Below, one piece after another: positions 38,174-48,411 of a DNA stretch of 57,934 nucleotides. Made by a program: the position numbers and the translations under genes. This stretch comes from Lentisphaeria bacterium (GTDB lineage Bacteria > Verrucomicrobiota > Lentisphaeria > JABSQK01 > JAWLHB01), in contig JAWLHB010000049.1 of NCBI GenBank assembly GCA_041690595.1, positions 1 to 57,934 on the forward strand, read 5' to 3'. The notes under the pieces are model-generated. The model did not search any database. It was not told where the DNA came from and worked only from the letters and a program-made list of their open reading frames with translations. The first letter of the stretch is position 1. Each line of letters starts with the position of its first letter.

Positions 38174-39358
38174 CTACTTCCCCGCCGCTGGTTTCTTCGG
38201 TGCCGGCGGAGGAGGCGGATCCTCCTTCCACTTGGCGGCGCCGGCACTCTCGATTGTCGTCTCCACGATGACCTCTGTTCCCGCCACCACGCGCAGCTCC
38301 ACCGGCACATCCGTCGTCACCTCGTACCCCGTCAACTCGATCTGTGCCGGCAATCGGTCCAGATACACCGTCACCTCCTTAATCCCATCGCATCGCAGGA
38401 TGACCGACTTACCGACCAGTTCCGCATCGATCGTGCCGAAGCCCGCATCCACCGCGGGCGTCAGCTTCAGCCAGAAAAAGTCTTTCGCCTCGTCCGTCAC
38501 CAGCTGCAGCCGCGGATAGAAGCGCAGGTTGCCGGGGACCGCCAGGTCGCCGCGACGCTGAAAGTGCTGCAGTTGCTCGCAGATCCACGATGGCGGATAG
38601 TTCTGCGCCATGTGTCCCGCATTCAACAGCCAGTGCACCTCCGGCTGATGGCGGCGGTACTGCCGGATCGCCGTGGTCAGCAACTCCGACTGCCGTGGCG
38701 GCACCACCAGATCATCCGTCCCGTGCCACAAGAGGATCGGCACGTACTGCAGATTGCTGGCATAGTTCACGGCCGAGCGACGCTGGTATTCAAACGCATT
38801 GTCCGTCGTGAAAGCTCCGCACTCCGCCTCGATCGCGGCCTGCAGTTCCCCCGCAACCGACGGCATCCACGCCACCAGGTCGAAGGCGCCCTGCCCCGCC
38901 ACCACTCCCGCGAAAAGATCCGGATACTTCGCCGCCGTCAGCGCCGCCAACTGCCCCCCCATCGAACGCCCCACCAGATAGATGCGGCTCTCGTCCACCG
39001 GATAATTCTCCCGCATGTACCCAATCGCATCCACCAGGTCGTGCTGCGCCGACACCGCCCCGAATGAACTCCCGCCGGGACTCTTCAATCCATGCAGCTC
39101 CGGACAGACAAGAAACCAGTCGCGCTCCTCACATTCAGCATAATAACCGAGATTTCGCGCCGTATAGCGGTCACCGCCATAGTAATGCGCCACCACCAGC
39201 AACGGGCGACGGGCCAGGGGATCCTGCCGCCGCGGCAGATACGCCACCGCCTTCTGCTCACTCCCGTCAAAGCTGCTGCTGAAGGTGATTTCCAGCTCCT
39301 CCGCCCCCGCCAGCAGCGCCAGACAGAAGAACAAACATGCCGACAAACTCCGTATCAT
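38174..39358 (-). CDS. Secreted alpha/beta hydrolase (S9 peptidase/esterase-like)
   Basis: Signal peptide, nucleophile elbow GRSMGG, 'HGTDD.VVP' and 'AGH'. Confidence 0.8.
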   Translation of the reverse strand: MIRSLSACLFFCLALLAGAEELEITFSSSFDGSEQKAVAYLPRRQDPLARRPLLVVAHYYGGDRYTARNLGYYAECEERDWFLVCPELHGLKSPGGSSFGAVSAQHDLVDAIGYMRENYPVDESRIYLVGRSMGGQLAALTAAKYPDLFAGVVAGQGAFDLVAWMPSVAGELQAAIEAECGAFTTDNAFEYQRRSAVNYASNLQYVPILLWHGTDDLVVPPRQSELLTTAIRQYRRHQPEVHWLLNAGHMAQNYPPSWICEQLQHFQRRGDLAVPGNLRFYPRLQLVTDEAKDFFWLKLTPAVDAGFGTIDAELVGKSVILRCDGIKEVTVYLDRLPAQIELTGYEVTTDVPVELRVVAGTEVIVETTIESAGAAKWKEDPPPPPAPKKPAAGK

Positions 39359-39430
39359 ACTAGGTCTCTCCGCCAGGTTGACATTCACTTTCATACTATC
39401 TGTAGCCTCTCGAACACCATCTGTCCACCG

Positions 39431-40435
39431 TCAGCAAATTCGCGGCAGTTCCTCGCCGTACGGTCGCTGCAGAATACGCCGTCCACCAGCGCGACTGATC
39501 AGCTCCACCAGCGCCGGTGTCGCCCCGGTGAAGCCGCCGACCTCCGCCGCGTCCCGTCCATAGGGGTGCGCCCGGCACACCCGCAACACCTGCGCCACCG
39601 TTTCACTGCTCACCACCACCACCACCTTTCCCTCGTTCGCCACCGTCAGCGGATCCAGCCCCAGCAGCTCCGCCGTATGCCAGACAACCTGCGTCATCGG
39701 CACCGCCGCTTCCGTGATCTCGATGCTCAGCCCCGTCGTCTCGCTCAGATCCGCCAGTACGCCGGCCACCCCGCCGCGCGTCGGATCCCGCATGAACTTG
39801 ATATCCGCGCCACTCTCCAGCATCGCCTTCACCAGCCCATTCAGCGGCGCCGCGTCGCTCTTCAGCTCCGTTTCGAAAGCCAGTCCTTCCCGTGCGCTCA
39901 TCACCGCCAGCCCGTGTTCCGCGATCCCTCCCGTCACAATCACTCGGTCACCCGCCACGATACGCTCCGCGCCGATTCCCGCGTGACGCAACACCCCAAC
40001 ACCCGCCGTATTGATGAATAGCCCATCTCCCTGCCGCCGTTCGATCACCTTCGTATCCCCGGTCACGATTCGCACCCCCGCCTCTTCCGCCGCCAGCGCC
40101 ACCGAATCCAGCACGCGATCCAGCACCTCCAGCGGCAGCCCCTCCTCGATGATCAGCCCCAACGTCAGCGCCAGCGGTTCGGCCCCCATCACGCACAAGT
40201 CATTGATCGTGCCGCAGACCGCCAGCCGCCCGATATCTCCTCCCGGAAACTCCAGCGGCGTCACCACGAACGAATCCGTTGTCAGACAGATCCGCCCCGC
40301 CTCCACCGGCAGCACCGCGCTGTCCGTCAGCGGATTCAGGAACTCGTTGCCGAGCCTCGCCAGGATGTGCTCGTCGATAAGCTTGCGGGTCAGCTCCCCG
40401 CCCCCCCCATGCGCCAGCAGAATGCGCTTGCTCAT
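39431..40435 (-). CDS. hypE: Hydrogenase maturation carbamoyl dehydratase
   Basis: 'HGGGG', 'FPGGDIG.LAVCGT.NDL', 'RDPTRGG' and C-terminal PRIC. Confidence 0.96.
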   Translation of the reverse strand: MSKRILLAHGGGGELTRKLIDEHILARLGNEFLNPLTDSAVLPVEAGRICLTTDSFVVTPLEFPGGDIGRLAVCGTINDLCVMGAEPLALTLGLIIEEGLPLEVLDRVLDSVALAAEEAGVRIVTGDTKVIERRQGDGLFINTAGVGVLRHAGIGAERIVAGDRVIVTGGIAEHGLAVMSAREGLAFETELKSDAAPLNGLVKAMLESGADIKFMRDPTRGGVAGVLADLSETTGLSIEITEAAVPMTQVVWHTAELLGLDPLTVANEGKVVVVVSSETVAQVLRVCRAHPYGRDAAEVGGFTGATPALVELISRAGGRRILQRPYGEELPRIC

Positions 40436-41514
40436 ACAGCTTCTCCCGTGCGTTGACGCCCATACTTGTACCACGCGGCGCAGGTGCCCTCGCTGCTCAC
40501 CATGCACGGCCCGACCGGTTGCGCCGGCGTGCATCCCTTCCCAAAAAGTGCGCAGGACGGCGGTTGCAGCTTGCCCTGGATGACATCGCCGCATCGGCAA
40601 CCTGGCGGGTCGTAATCCTCGCCCTCCACGATCCCGAACCGCGCCGATGCATCGAAGTTCCTGTATGCATCCCGCAGCCGCAGCCCGCTGCCCGGGATCG
40701 TCCCCATGGCACGCCATACCGCGTCCGCCGGTTCGAATACCTCATCCACAAAACCGCGGGCCACCGGATTGCCCTCCTCCTTCACCACCACCCCGTACAC
40801 ATTCTCCACCCGCGCCTCTCCGCGCGTCACCTGCCGCACCAGGTGCAGCGCCCCGCCCAGCAACTGCTCCGGCTCGAAGCCCGCGATCACGCATGGCCGC
40901 CCATGATCCCGCGCGATCGGCACATACGCACCAGCCCCGATGATCACACTCACATGCCCAGGGCACAGGAAGCCATGCAATGCGCTCTCAGGATCCCCCA
41001 GCAGCGCCTCCAGTGCCGGAATTACCAGCTTGTGACTCGCCAGAACCGTAAAATTCTCCACCTTTCGCGCCGCCGCCTCGCGCACCACCAGCGCCGTACC
41101 CGGCGTCGTCGTCTCGAAACCCACCGCCAGAAAGATCACCTGCGTTTGCGGATGCTCCAGCGCGAACTTCAGTGCATCCCGCGCCGAGTAAACTACCACG
41201 ATCCGCGCCCCCTCCGCCCGATGCTCCGCCAGGCTGCCGCTACGTCCCGGCACCCGCACCATATCCCCATAGGTGCAGATCGTCACCTCCGGCAGCCGCG
41301 CCGCATCGATCGCCGCATCGATGAACCCTTGCGACGTCACGCAAACCGGGCACCCCGGACCGCTCAGCAGCTTCAGATTCTCCGGCAGCAGCCCCTTCAC
41401 CCCCGTCCGGAAGAGCGCCACCGTATGCGTGCCGCACACCTCCATCAGCCGAATCTCCGCATGCCCCCCGCACAGGGCGGCGATTTCAGCCACCATCGAC
41501 ACCCGCTTATCCAT
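40432..41514 (-). CDS. hypD: Hydrogenase maturation protein
   Basis: MEVCGTH, GPGCPVC, GFETT, PGHVS and 'CMVSSEG.C'. Confidence 0.96.
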   Translation of the reverse strand: MDKRVSMVAEIAALCGGHAEIRLMEVCGTHTVALFRTGVKGLLPENLKLLSGPGCPVCVTSQGFIDAAIDAARLPEVTICTYGDMVRVPGRSGSLAEHRAEGARIVVVYSARDALKFALEHPQTQVIFLAVGFETTTPGTALVVREAAARKVENFTVLASHKLVIPALEALLGDPESALHGFLCPGHVSVIIGAGAYVPIARDHGRPCVIAGFEPEQLLGGALHLVRQVTRGEARVENVYGVVVKEEGNPVARGFVDEVFEPADAVWRAMGTIPGSGLRLRDAYRNFDASARFGIVEGEDYDPPGCRCGDVIQGKLQPPSCALFGKGCTPAQPVGPCMVSSEGTCAAWYKYGRQRTGEAV

Positions 41515-41788
41515 CCATCCCCCCGTCCCGGAACTCCTCCGGCACCGCCTCCGCCAGCCGCTCGTCGTGTCGCAGCAGCTCCCACGTCTCCCGCGCGTCT
41601 GCCTCATCCAGCCGGCTGATCGCGAACCCCGAATGCACCAGCACCCAGTCTCCAACCTCCGCCTCCGGCGTACACGCAAGGCTCACCTCCACCCGCGAGC
41701 CATGGAAATCCACTATACCAGTCGGTCCGGCGCCAACATCATCCGCCGGCCGTCGCGAGATCAATCTGCCAGGAGTTGCCAGGCACAT
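41507..41788 (-). CDS. hypC: Hydrogenase maturation chaperone
   Basis: MCLA.PG N-terminus and 'GDWVLVH.GFAI'. Confidence 0.95.
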   Translation of the reverse strand: MCLATPGRLISRRPADDVGAGPTGIVDFHGSRVEVSLACTPEAEVGDWVLVHSGFAISRLDEADARETWELLRHDERLAEAVPEEFRDGGMDG

Positions 41789-41924
41789 CATCATCCCCTT
41801 TTGCTTTGGGTTACGCCACCCATACTATACCCCCCACCCCATCACCGTCCAGCTTTCAGTAAAACGCCACAAAAGTCCGTCGCCTTCCAGAGTTGATCCG
41901 TCCAATCCGCCTGATCCGTCTGCA

Positions 41925-44690
41925 TTAGTCCAAAGTAGGTGCCGCGTCGGGGTGGGCTGCCTGCATCACCAGCATGGGCTCGCCCCACAGCGAAGCATCA
42001 TTGCTGAGGTTGAAGCCGCCGCGGCCACAATCCACCGCCAGGCTCAACACCACCGTCTCACCCGAATACGCCGCCAGCGGGATCGTCACCTTCTCCCAAC
42101 CCGCCTGCCCGCCAGGACTGAACTGACGCCATATCTCGCGGCCATTCACCCGCACCACGAAGTGAACGCCATCGCCCGCGCCGCCGAGGCGCCCCATGTG
42201 AAACTGCAGGGCAAGATCCGGCGCCACCGGAAGCTGCAGATAGCCATCGAGCGATACCTCCGCGCCGGGGCCACCCATTTCCGGATGCACGGAATAGCTC
42301 ATCAGAGTCGTGCCCCCAAGCGTCCAGCGCTTCGGCGGAAAGAGCCAGTCGGCCGCCCGCAGCACCCGTCCCCGCCCGATAATCCATCGGTCCCAATCCG
42401 CTACCATCAGCTTGTTGTCCACCTCCACCGGCAGCCCCTCCTTATCGGCCGCCAGCAGGTAGTTGCCAGCCGCGGCCTCGTGTACGGCCTGGCCCCGCCC
42501 CTCGGTCTCCAGGCTCCCCTGCAACTCGCCCTCCGGTGCTTCGAAGGTCACCAGCGTATAGATATCGTTCTCGCGGATACCCGTAATACGCGCTCCCTCC
42601 CACACGTCACGAATCACCACCCGGCGCGCCACTGGCGCCCCCGGCAGCAGGCAGTACCACTCGTCCGGATCGAGCCCGACGGGACCGTCACTATTGTATG
42701 CCACCCAACCATCGATGTGCATCGGCGTCGGCGCCTTCCAGCGATCCATCCCGGTGATCCGCGCGTATACCAACTCATCATCCAGGTAGCAGAACGAACT
42801 GAGATTGTCATGGCGATAACGCACGACCCGACCGTCCGGATGGCGCAGGTACCCCGCTACATCCTCTTCCCATTCCAGCGGAAAGTACGGGCGAAAACCC
42901 TCCGCGAAGAGCCTCGCGCGCGCCAGCACAATCTCCGCTTCCCCGCCACTGTCGTCCTCCGCCCCCTTCCAGGTGGCCATCCCCCCGATCGCTTCGATCA
43001 CGTTCTGATCATAGTGAAAATGCGCGCCGCTGCGCATCGGCGTATTGTAACTCATATACGTCGAGAAGGGAGCAAAGATGGCAGACTGAATGGCATGAGG
43101 ATAACGCGCCATCCGTACTTTGTGATCCTCACCAAACCACGACATCGGATTCTGCAGCCCCATCTCCTCACCCGCGGCCACATTCACCTCCGACCAGAAT
43201 TCGCCGCCGAGCGCCACCTCCGGCAACTTCCGCCGGATCGCCAGATCGCACGCCACCGTCCCCTCATGTACATTGCGCCCGTCAACCACACCGCCGCTGC
43301 CGGGCTGACCGCCGGATACATCCTGATACAACAGATCAACCCCGTACTCCTTCCGCAGCCCCACCATGACATCGCTGTAGTACTCGATCCAACCTTCATT
43401 CCCAGGATGAATGTGCGCAAGATACGGCAGCGTGGACGGATCGACGTCCGCATCCGGAAGCGCCGGCGCATTGCCCCGCATCGCATCGTACCAGTACTGC
43501 AAGCCCAACTCTCGCATCACGCTCAAATGCTCCTGCTGATCGATCAGCTTCATGCTGGTATACACCCCGACCCGGTAGCCCATCTCCTGCGCCGCGGCCA
43601 CCGACTCCGCATAGCCATCTCCCCGCGGCCGATAATGCGGCGCCCGTCGATTGAAACCTTCCGACCAGCCCAGATCCACCACCAGTGTATGCCGCGGATC
43701 GAAGCGCTCCGCCAGCCGCTTCAACTTCGGCACCGAAAGACCTCCCGACCAGACCATCGCCATCTCATCGTACCAGGCCACGCTCCGCTCCGCGATCGGC
43801 TTCAGCGCGTAAGCCTCCGCCAGCCACCCCCGATACCGCATCGCCGGCTCGACCCAGCTGCCGGCAAAGGTATTGAAGCGCCACGGCGCCACCTCGATCT
43901 CCTTCAGCTCATCGTACGGGCCATCCGGTGAGTGCTGGACACTCAGCCCCTGCCGCTCGTCCGTATGATAGAGCTTGAAGTACTTCGGCCGCAGCCCGGC
44001 ATCGTCCGACATGACGAAGAACGACCCGCCCCCGGGTATCTCCCCCACAATCAGCCCCGCGTTCCAGAATTGAGGCCAGGAATAGCCGACAACCCCATTG
44101 CCAGGCAGCGAACCTCCGAAGCGCTGCCCGCCGAAATAGGGTATCGCGAACTCCAGATCAGGACGCAGGTTCAAGAGCCCCAGACTGATCCCGAAGAGCC
44201 CCGGATTCTCGCTCCTCGCACGCTGGCGCACCACCAGGTCGCCAGTCGTCTCCGCAATCGTCAACTCCTGGATCAACACGGCGCTTGCATCCTTGCCCAG
44301 GCCGACATAGGTCAGCCGCCGCCCGCCCGGGATCGTCTCCACCGTCAGCACACTCTCCGCTCCCGGCGCAAACTGCGCCGGATACGACGGCGGTCCCTGG
44401 CTGAGACGATGCGACCAGACCACATTTACCTGCGTGCACTCCCCTTTCGCCTGACCATGGAAGGAGCCCGGCCCAACCGGCAGATCCCCATTCGTCATGC
44501 CCCCCTCCGCCAGCGTCAACAGACTGCGTTCCGGCAACAGCGTCGTCACCTGCTGCATGGCCCCATCCTGCCACACAATCTCGAAGCGCTCCGTGCGTAT
44601 CGTCACGCCACGCTCCGTCGCCGCGAACTCCTGCGCCACGCTTGCCACTGCCAGCATCAGTGCGCCCAGATAGAAAAGCAGCAGTCTCAT
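41925..44690 (-). CDS. Large secreted glycoside-hydrolase-like protein (DUF6259-like TIM barrel, C-terminal beta-sandwich)
   Basis: Signal peptide; 'YGVDLLYQD' and 'GGE' barrel-like motifs; C-terminal 'GDGVHF.V.VNG..W'. Family assignment tentative. Confidence 0.55.
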   Translation of the reverse strand: MRLLLFYLGALMLAVASVAQEFAATERGVTIRTERFEIVWQDGAMQQVTTLLPERSLLTLAEGGMTNGDLPVGPGSFHGQAKGECTQVNVVWSHRLSQGPPSYPAQFAPGAESVLTVETIPGGRRLTYVGLGKDASAVLIQELTIAETTGDLVVRQRARSENPGLFGISLGLLNLRPDLEFAIPYFGGQRFGGSLPGNGVVGYSWPQFWNAGLIVGEIPGGGSFFVMSDDAGLRPKYFKLYHTDERQGLSVQHSPDGPYDELKEIEVAPWRFNTFAGSWVEPAMRYRGWLAEAYALKPIAERSVAWYDEMAMVWSGGLSVPKLKRLAERFDPRHTLVVDLGWSEGFNRRAPHYRPRGDGYAESVAAAQEMGYRVGVYTSMKLIDQQEHLSVMRELGLQYWYDAMRGNAPALPDADVDPSTLPYLAHIHPGNEGWIEYYSDVMVGLRKEYGVDLLYQDVSGGQPGSGGVVDGRNVHEGTVACDLAIRRKLPEVALGGEFWSEVNVAAGEEMGLQNPMSWFGEDHKVRMARYPHAIQSAIFAPFSTYMSYNTPMRSGAHFHYDQNVIEAIGGMATWKGAEDDSGGEAEIVLARARLFAEGFRPYFPLEWEEDVAGYLRHPDGRVVRYRHDNLSSFCYLDDELVYARITGMDRWKAPTPMHIDGWVAYNSDGPVGLDPDEWYCLLPGAPVARRVVIRDVWEGARITGIRENDIYTLVTFEAPEGELQGSLETEGRGQAVHEAAAGNYLLAADKEGLPVEVDNKLMVADWDRWIIGRGRVLRAADWLFPPKRWTLGGTTLMSYSVHPEMGGPGAEVSLDGYLQLPVAPDLALQFHMGRLGGAGDGVHFVVRVNGREIWRQFSPGGQAGWEKVTIPLAAYSGETVVLSLAVDCGRGGFNLSNDASLWGEPMLVMQAAHPDAAPTLD

Positions 44691-47600
44691 TCACCCGCCC
44701 TCAGCGTCAGCATCCGTACTCCGCGCGGCTCCAGCGCCACGCGAAATCCGCCGGCGTTGCCCCCGACTGCCGGCTGCCCCGGCAATGGCGACACCGACCA
44801 GTTCGGCGGCAGCAGCCCAAGCGCCACCTCCGCTTCCACCGGCTCATCGCCCCAGTTATGCAGGATCAGCAGCGCCTGTGATTCATCATGATACAGAATC
44901 GAGTGCACCACCTCCGGAACGACCCGGCGTCGCGGCTCCTTCTGCCAGTAATAGAGCGTCTGCATGGTATCGACCGGCATCGCCAGCCGCTGGTCCTGCA
45001 GGTAGCGCACCAGCCGCGGATGCGTCGTATGCACCGCACTGACGGCGCCGTCATGCACCATGAAGAGCCCCATCATGTCACGCGGCGAGGCCGGCGTGGC
45101 AGCATACCGCGTCTCGAATTCCGGCAGCAGGTCCGCCGAAAAGCCGAAGGGCAGCCCGGTATGTTCCGCCTGCATCCGGCCTGGAGGCAGCACCTTGCTG
45201 TAGAACTCGAAGACCTTGTGCGGGCCCGAACCATAGTTCTCCCCATCCCAGAAGATGTCGATGAAGCTGATCACCGGAGGCACCAGCTGATTCGACGCAT
45301 GCCACTTGATGAAGGTCTTCCCGTGCGCCTCGTGGAAGAGCTGATACATGCGCTTCATCATCCGCCGCTGCGCGAAGATCGGCACATCGGCGCGCCAATC
45401 CCCCTTGTAATCGATATAGCCGCAACCGTGGTGCGAGTTCGCGCAGTCCGTCATCGGCTGATCCAGATAGATGGCGCCAAGACCGGTATCGTCGATCAGC
45501 TTCTTCAGGCGCCACAGATAGAGATCCTGATAGGCCGACGCCGGACAATAGCTGGCCAGCCCCTGCGGCTGGAACTTCTTCCCGTACCACGTTCCAGGTG
45601 CCGTATGGCGCGCTGGAATCTGGTGCGCTGGCAACTGAACGGAAGAAATCGCCCACGTATCCCGGAAAAGCAGATTCTCCAGGTGCATCAGCCCCGGGTC
45701 CGTGTTCTCGCCCAGAGGGCCGACGTGGAAACGGTACTGACCGTAGAAGCGGATCGACGAACAGGGCATCACCTCCTTGCCTGCCGCGCGCATCGTCTCC
45801 ACCTGCGTACGCGCCACTTCGATGTGGTCGTCCTGGAACGGATAATACTGACCCGCGCCCCAGAACCACTGCCAGTGAATCTTGCCCCGATCCGCCATCG
45901 CTCGCGAGTTCTCCGGCTTTGGACGCATCGGCGTAGCCTGCACCCCGAAGATCACCCGCAACGGGCGCTCCAGATTCCGCGGCCGATCACCCAGCTTCAC
46001 CCGCATCTCACCGTCCGCCGTCAAAGACTGAATCCCCGCCTCACTGCCGATCGGCCAATTCTCCATCGACTCCGCAAACCAGCACAAGCCGCGCTCCGTA
46101 TTGCCCGCCCATACCACCTCGCGGAAGCTGTCGAAGACCAGCCCCTCCGCCGGCACCGCGTTGCTCGTGCTCAACGGCGCATGCCCCGACTGCCCGGACG
46201 ATACATGGTAAAGCCGCGCCTCACGCAGCGGCAGAAGCAGGGTCAGCCCGGTCAGCGTCGCATGCGCATTCGGCGACCCAAGCTCCAACTCCATGCGCCC
46301 CATGCCGTCAAACTCGTACTCCGTCACCAGCCGCGCTTCAAAGGGGCCCTCCTGCGCCACCGTCACCACGCGCACCAGCCCCTCGTTGACCTGCTCGATC
46401 GTCACCGTGGCCGTCGCGAAGCCATGGCTGCCATCCGCCGTCGAAGCCTCCAGCCGGCCCGGCCCCGACAGCAGCTCTTCTCCCTGGCTGACAATCTGCA
46501 CCGGCAACAGCGAATTGTTGTACACGTAGCTCCGTCCCCAGCAATGCACCGTCTGCCCCTCCACTCGCATCGGCTCCCACGGCGCCGGCACTTTCTCCGT
46601 CACCCCGATGCTGCTGTTCTGCCACTCCGGCATCTCCAGCAGGAAGTTTCCGATCTCTTCCGCGCTCCACTTCGCCTGATAAGCCGCTTCCTCCGGCGTC
46701 AACTCCTTCTCCTCTTCCACGACCGCCGCTGCCTCCACCGGCGCCGTAATGTTCGGGAAAGGCGTGCGTACGGCCGGCTCTCCAGCCGGATACTTCACCG
46801 AGTGATAAAACAGCTCCGTCTCCCCCAGGCGCACATACATCGCCAAGGTACCCTTCGGCACCTCGTCAATCGGCACCTCCAGCACCAGGCTCTCCTCACT
46901 CCCGGGGCTGACCATCACCGTCTCCAACGTCTGCTTCGCCGGCAGCACATCCCCCTCACCGTAAGCCTGCAGCGCCACCGCCAGCTCTCCCGTTGTTTTA
47001 TTGCCCAGGATCCGCATCGGCACGCGAATCGCACGCTCCCCCACGTCGATGGTTCCCGGCTGAATGACCGGCGCATCCGCCTCAAAACGCAGTATCCCGA
47101 ACGCCCCCGTATCGTTGTAACGCTGCGTCCAACTCCACGCCGCATTCGCTTGCGTACTGATGAAGTTACCAGTCCACACCGCCGCCTTCCCCGGCGGCGG
47201 AAAACCAAGATCCGTGAACGAAGCCCGAAGCTCCGCACTCCAGTAGCCATCGCCGATGGACGCCTTCCAATCCCACGGCACATCATAACCCACATTCAGA
47301 TTCTTCAGCTCTGCCTGATTACTGTACGGATTCCCCACCAACTGGCAGAAATCCGGGACGCCCGTGTACGGCGGATGCAGAAACATCTCATACGACTCCT
47401 CGCCCCACAGCGGCGCATCGTGCCGATCATGCTGCCGCGCCCGCAGCTCCCCCGTAAAGGGCGTGTGGAACATCATGTACACATAGTTTTCGTCATAGGC
47501 GATCCGCGCTTCCACCGCTTCCGGCCTCAGCGTGTGCGTCTCCCCCCGCACCGTCGAAAAGCCGACCATCGTCGCAGCCTTCTCCCACGCTGCATCGTTC

Positions 47601-48358
47601 GCCACCCCGTCCAGCGTCGGCGGCGTAGCCAGCCCCGGTATGGTCACCGTATTCTGATGCAGGTCTGCCGCTCCCCGATAAAGACTCTTGTACCTCGAGC
47701 GCAGCGCCGTCGGCGTCATCCACGCGGCTTGGACCACGTGCAGCCAGGAAAAGGCCGTTCCAGGCGCTCCCTCCAGCACCACACCACTCAGCGCCGGCAA
47801 CCGCTCCGGCACCGCCACGTCAGCCGCGGCAAAACCGTCCACCGTCAGCCGAGGCTCCCCGTCGACCAGGCCGATGCAGAGGTAATGCCACATGTCGAAG
47901 CCATTCCTCACCTTCCACTTGATAGGGCTATAGCCGCTGCTGTTCATCCACGGCTGCTCCACCCACTCATAGATCGGGTACCGCTGCAGAAGCCGGTCGC
48001 CCTCCATCAAGTGCAGCTCCGCCGCGCCCGCCGCCTTCATCACCGTCAGCCGGCGATCACCACAGCTCAGGCTCAGCACCGCCACGCCCGCATCCGTTGC
48101 CGCGTCCCAACCTGTCGGCCGAACCCAGCATTCCACAAAACCATCGCCCGCCTCGTTGGCCAGCGCCCACGATACGCTCCCCGCGCTCACGTGAAGCGCC
48201 TGCTGATCCTCAAGCCGACCCGCCCCCGTCGTCACTACCGCTTCCGGCGAAAGCGTTGCCCCGGTCGGCTCCTCCGTCAAACTCTCCTTGAGCACATAGA
48301 CCTCACCATAGACCAACACCGCCACCATGAACACCATGAGAGATGACAACAATTTCAT
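44687..48358 (-). CDS. Large secreted DUF6067/GH123-like protein with LamG-like and CBM9-like domains
   Basis: GAGGAG RBS and signal peptide; 'G.VECWVRP..W', 'LDG....W', 'VP.PW.PM', 'EFDGM', 'ATPMRP' and 'AIYLD..C.N..HGC'. Family assignment tentative. Confidence 0.6.
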   Translation of the reverse strand: MKLLSSLMVFMVAVLVYGEVYVLKESLTEEPTGATLSPEAVVTTGAGRLEDQQALHVSAGSVSWALANEAGDGFVECWVRPTGWDAATDAGVAVLSLSCGDRRLTVMKAAGAAELHLMEGDRLLQRYPIYEWVEQPWMNSSGYSPIKWKVRNGFDMWHYLCIGLVDGEPRLTVDGFAAADVAVPERLPALSGVVLEGAPGTAFSWLHVVQAAWMTPTALRSRYKSLYRGAADLHQNTVTIPGLATPPTLDGVANDAAWEKAATMVGFSTVRGETHTLRPEAVEARIAYDENYVYMMFHTPFTGELRARQHDRHDAPLWGEESYEMFLHPPYTGVPDFCQLVGNPYSNQAELKNLNVGYDVPWDWKASIGDGYWSAELRASFTDLGFPPPGKAAVWTGNFISTQANAAWSWTQRYNDTGAFGILRFEADAPVIQPGTIDVGERAIRVPMRILGNKTTGELAVALQAYGEGDVLPAKQTLETVMVSPGSEESLVLEVPIDEVPKGTLAMYVRLGETELFYHSVKYPAGEPAVRTPFPNITAPVEAAAVVEEEKELTPEEAAYQAKWSAEEIGNFLLEMPEWQNSSIGVTEKVPAPWEPMRVEGQTVHCWGRSYVYNNSLLPVQIVSQGEELLSGPGRLEASTADGSHGFATATVTIEQVNEGLVRVVTVAQEGPFEARLVTEYEFDGMGRMELELGSPNAHATLTGLTLLLPLREARLYHVSSGQSGHAPLSTSNAVPAEGLVFDSFREVVWAGNTERGLCWFAESMENWPIGSEAGIQSLTADGEMRVKLGDRPRNLERPLRVIFGVQATPMRPKPENSRAMADRGKIHWQWFWGAGQYYPFQDDHIEVARTQVETMRAAGKEVMPCSSIRFYGQYRFHVGPLGENTDPGLMHLENLLFRDTWAISSVQLPAHQIPARHTAPGTWYGKKFQPQGLASYCPASAYQDLYLWRLKKLIDDTGLGAIYLDQPMTDCANSHHGCGYIDYKGDWRADVPIFAQRRMMKRMYQLFHEAHGKTFIKWHASNQLVPPVISFIDIFWDGENYGSGPHKVFEFYSKVLPPGRMQAEHTGLPFGFSADLLPEFETRYAATPASPRDMMGLFMVHDGAVSAVHTTHPRLVRYLQDQRLAMPVDTMQTLYYWQKEPRRRVVPEVVHSILYHDESQALLILHNWGDEPVEAEVALGLLPPNWSVSPLPGQPAVGGNAGGFRVALEPRGVRMLTLRAGE

Positions 48359-48411
48359 CCTGATAACTCTCCTCGATTTGTTAACATGAAGGGCAATGAT
48401 TGAAGCATACC

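Noticed and set aside
44888..48346. 1152-aa plus-strand ORF and other long antisense ORFs (1269..2951, 3933..5651, 32571..34490, 35108..36946, 41952..43931, 49902..51647, 54319..56163)
   Set aside because: These are shadow frames of well-supported genes in high-GC DNA, with biased composition and no recognisable motifs.
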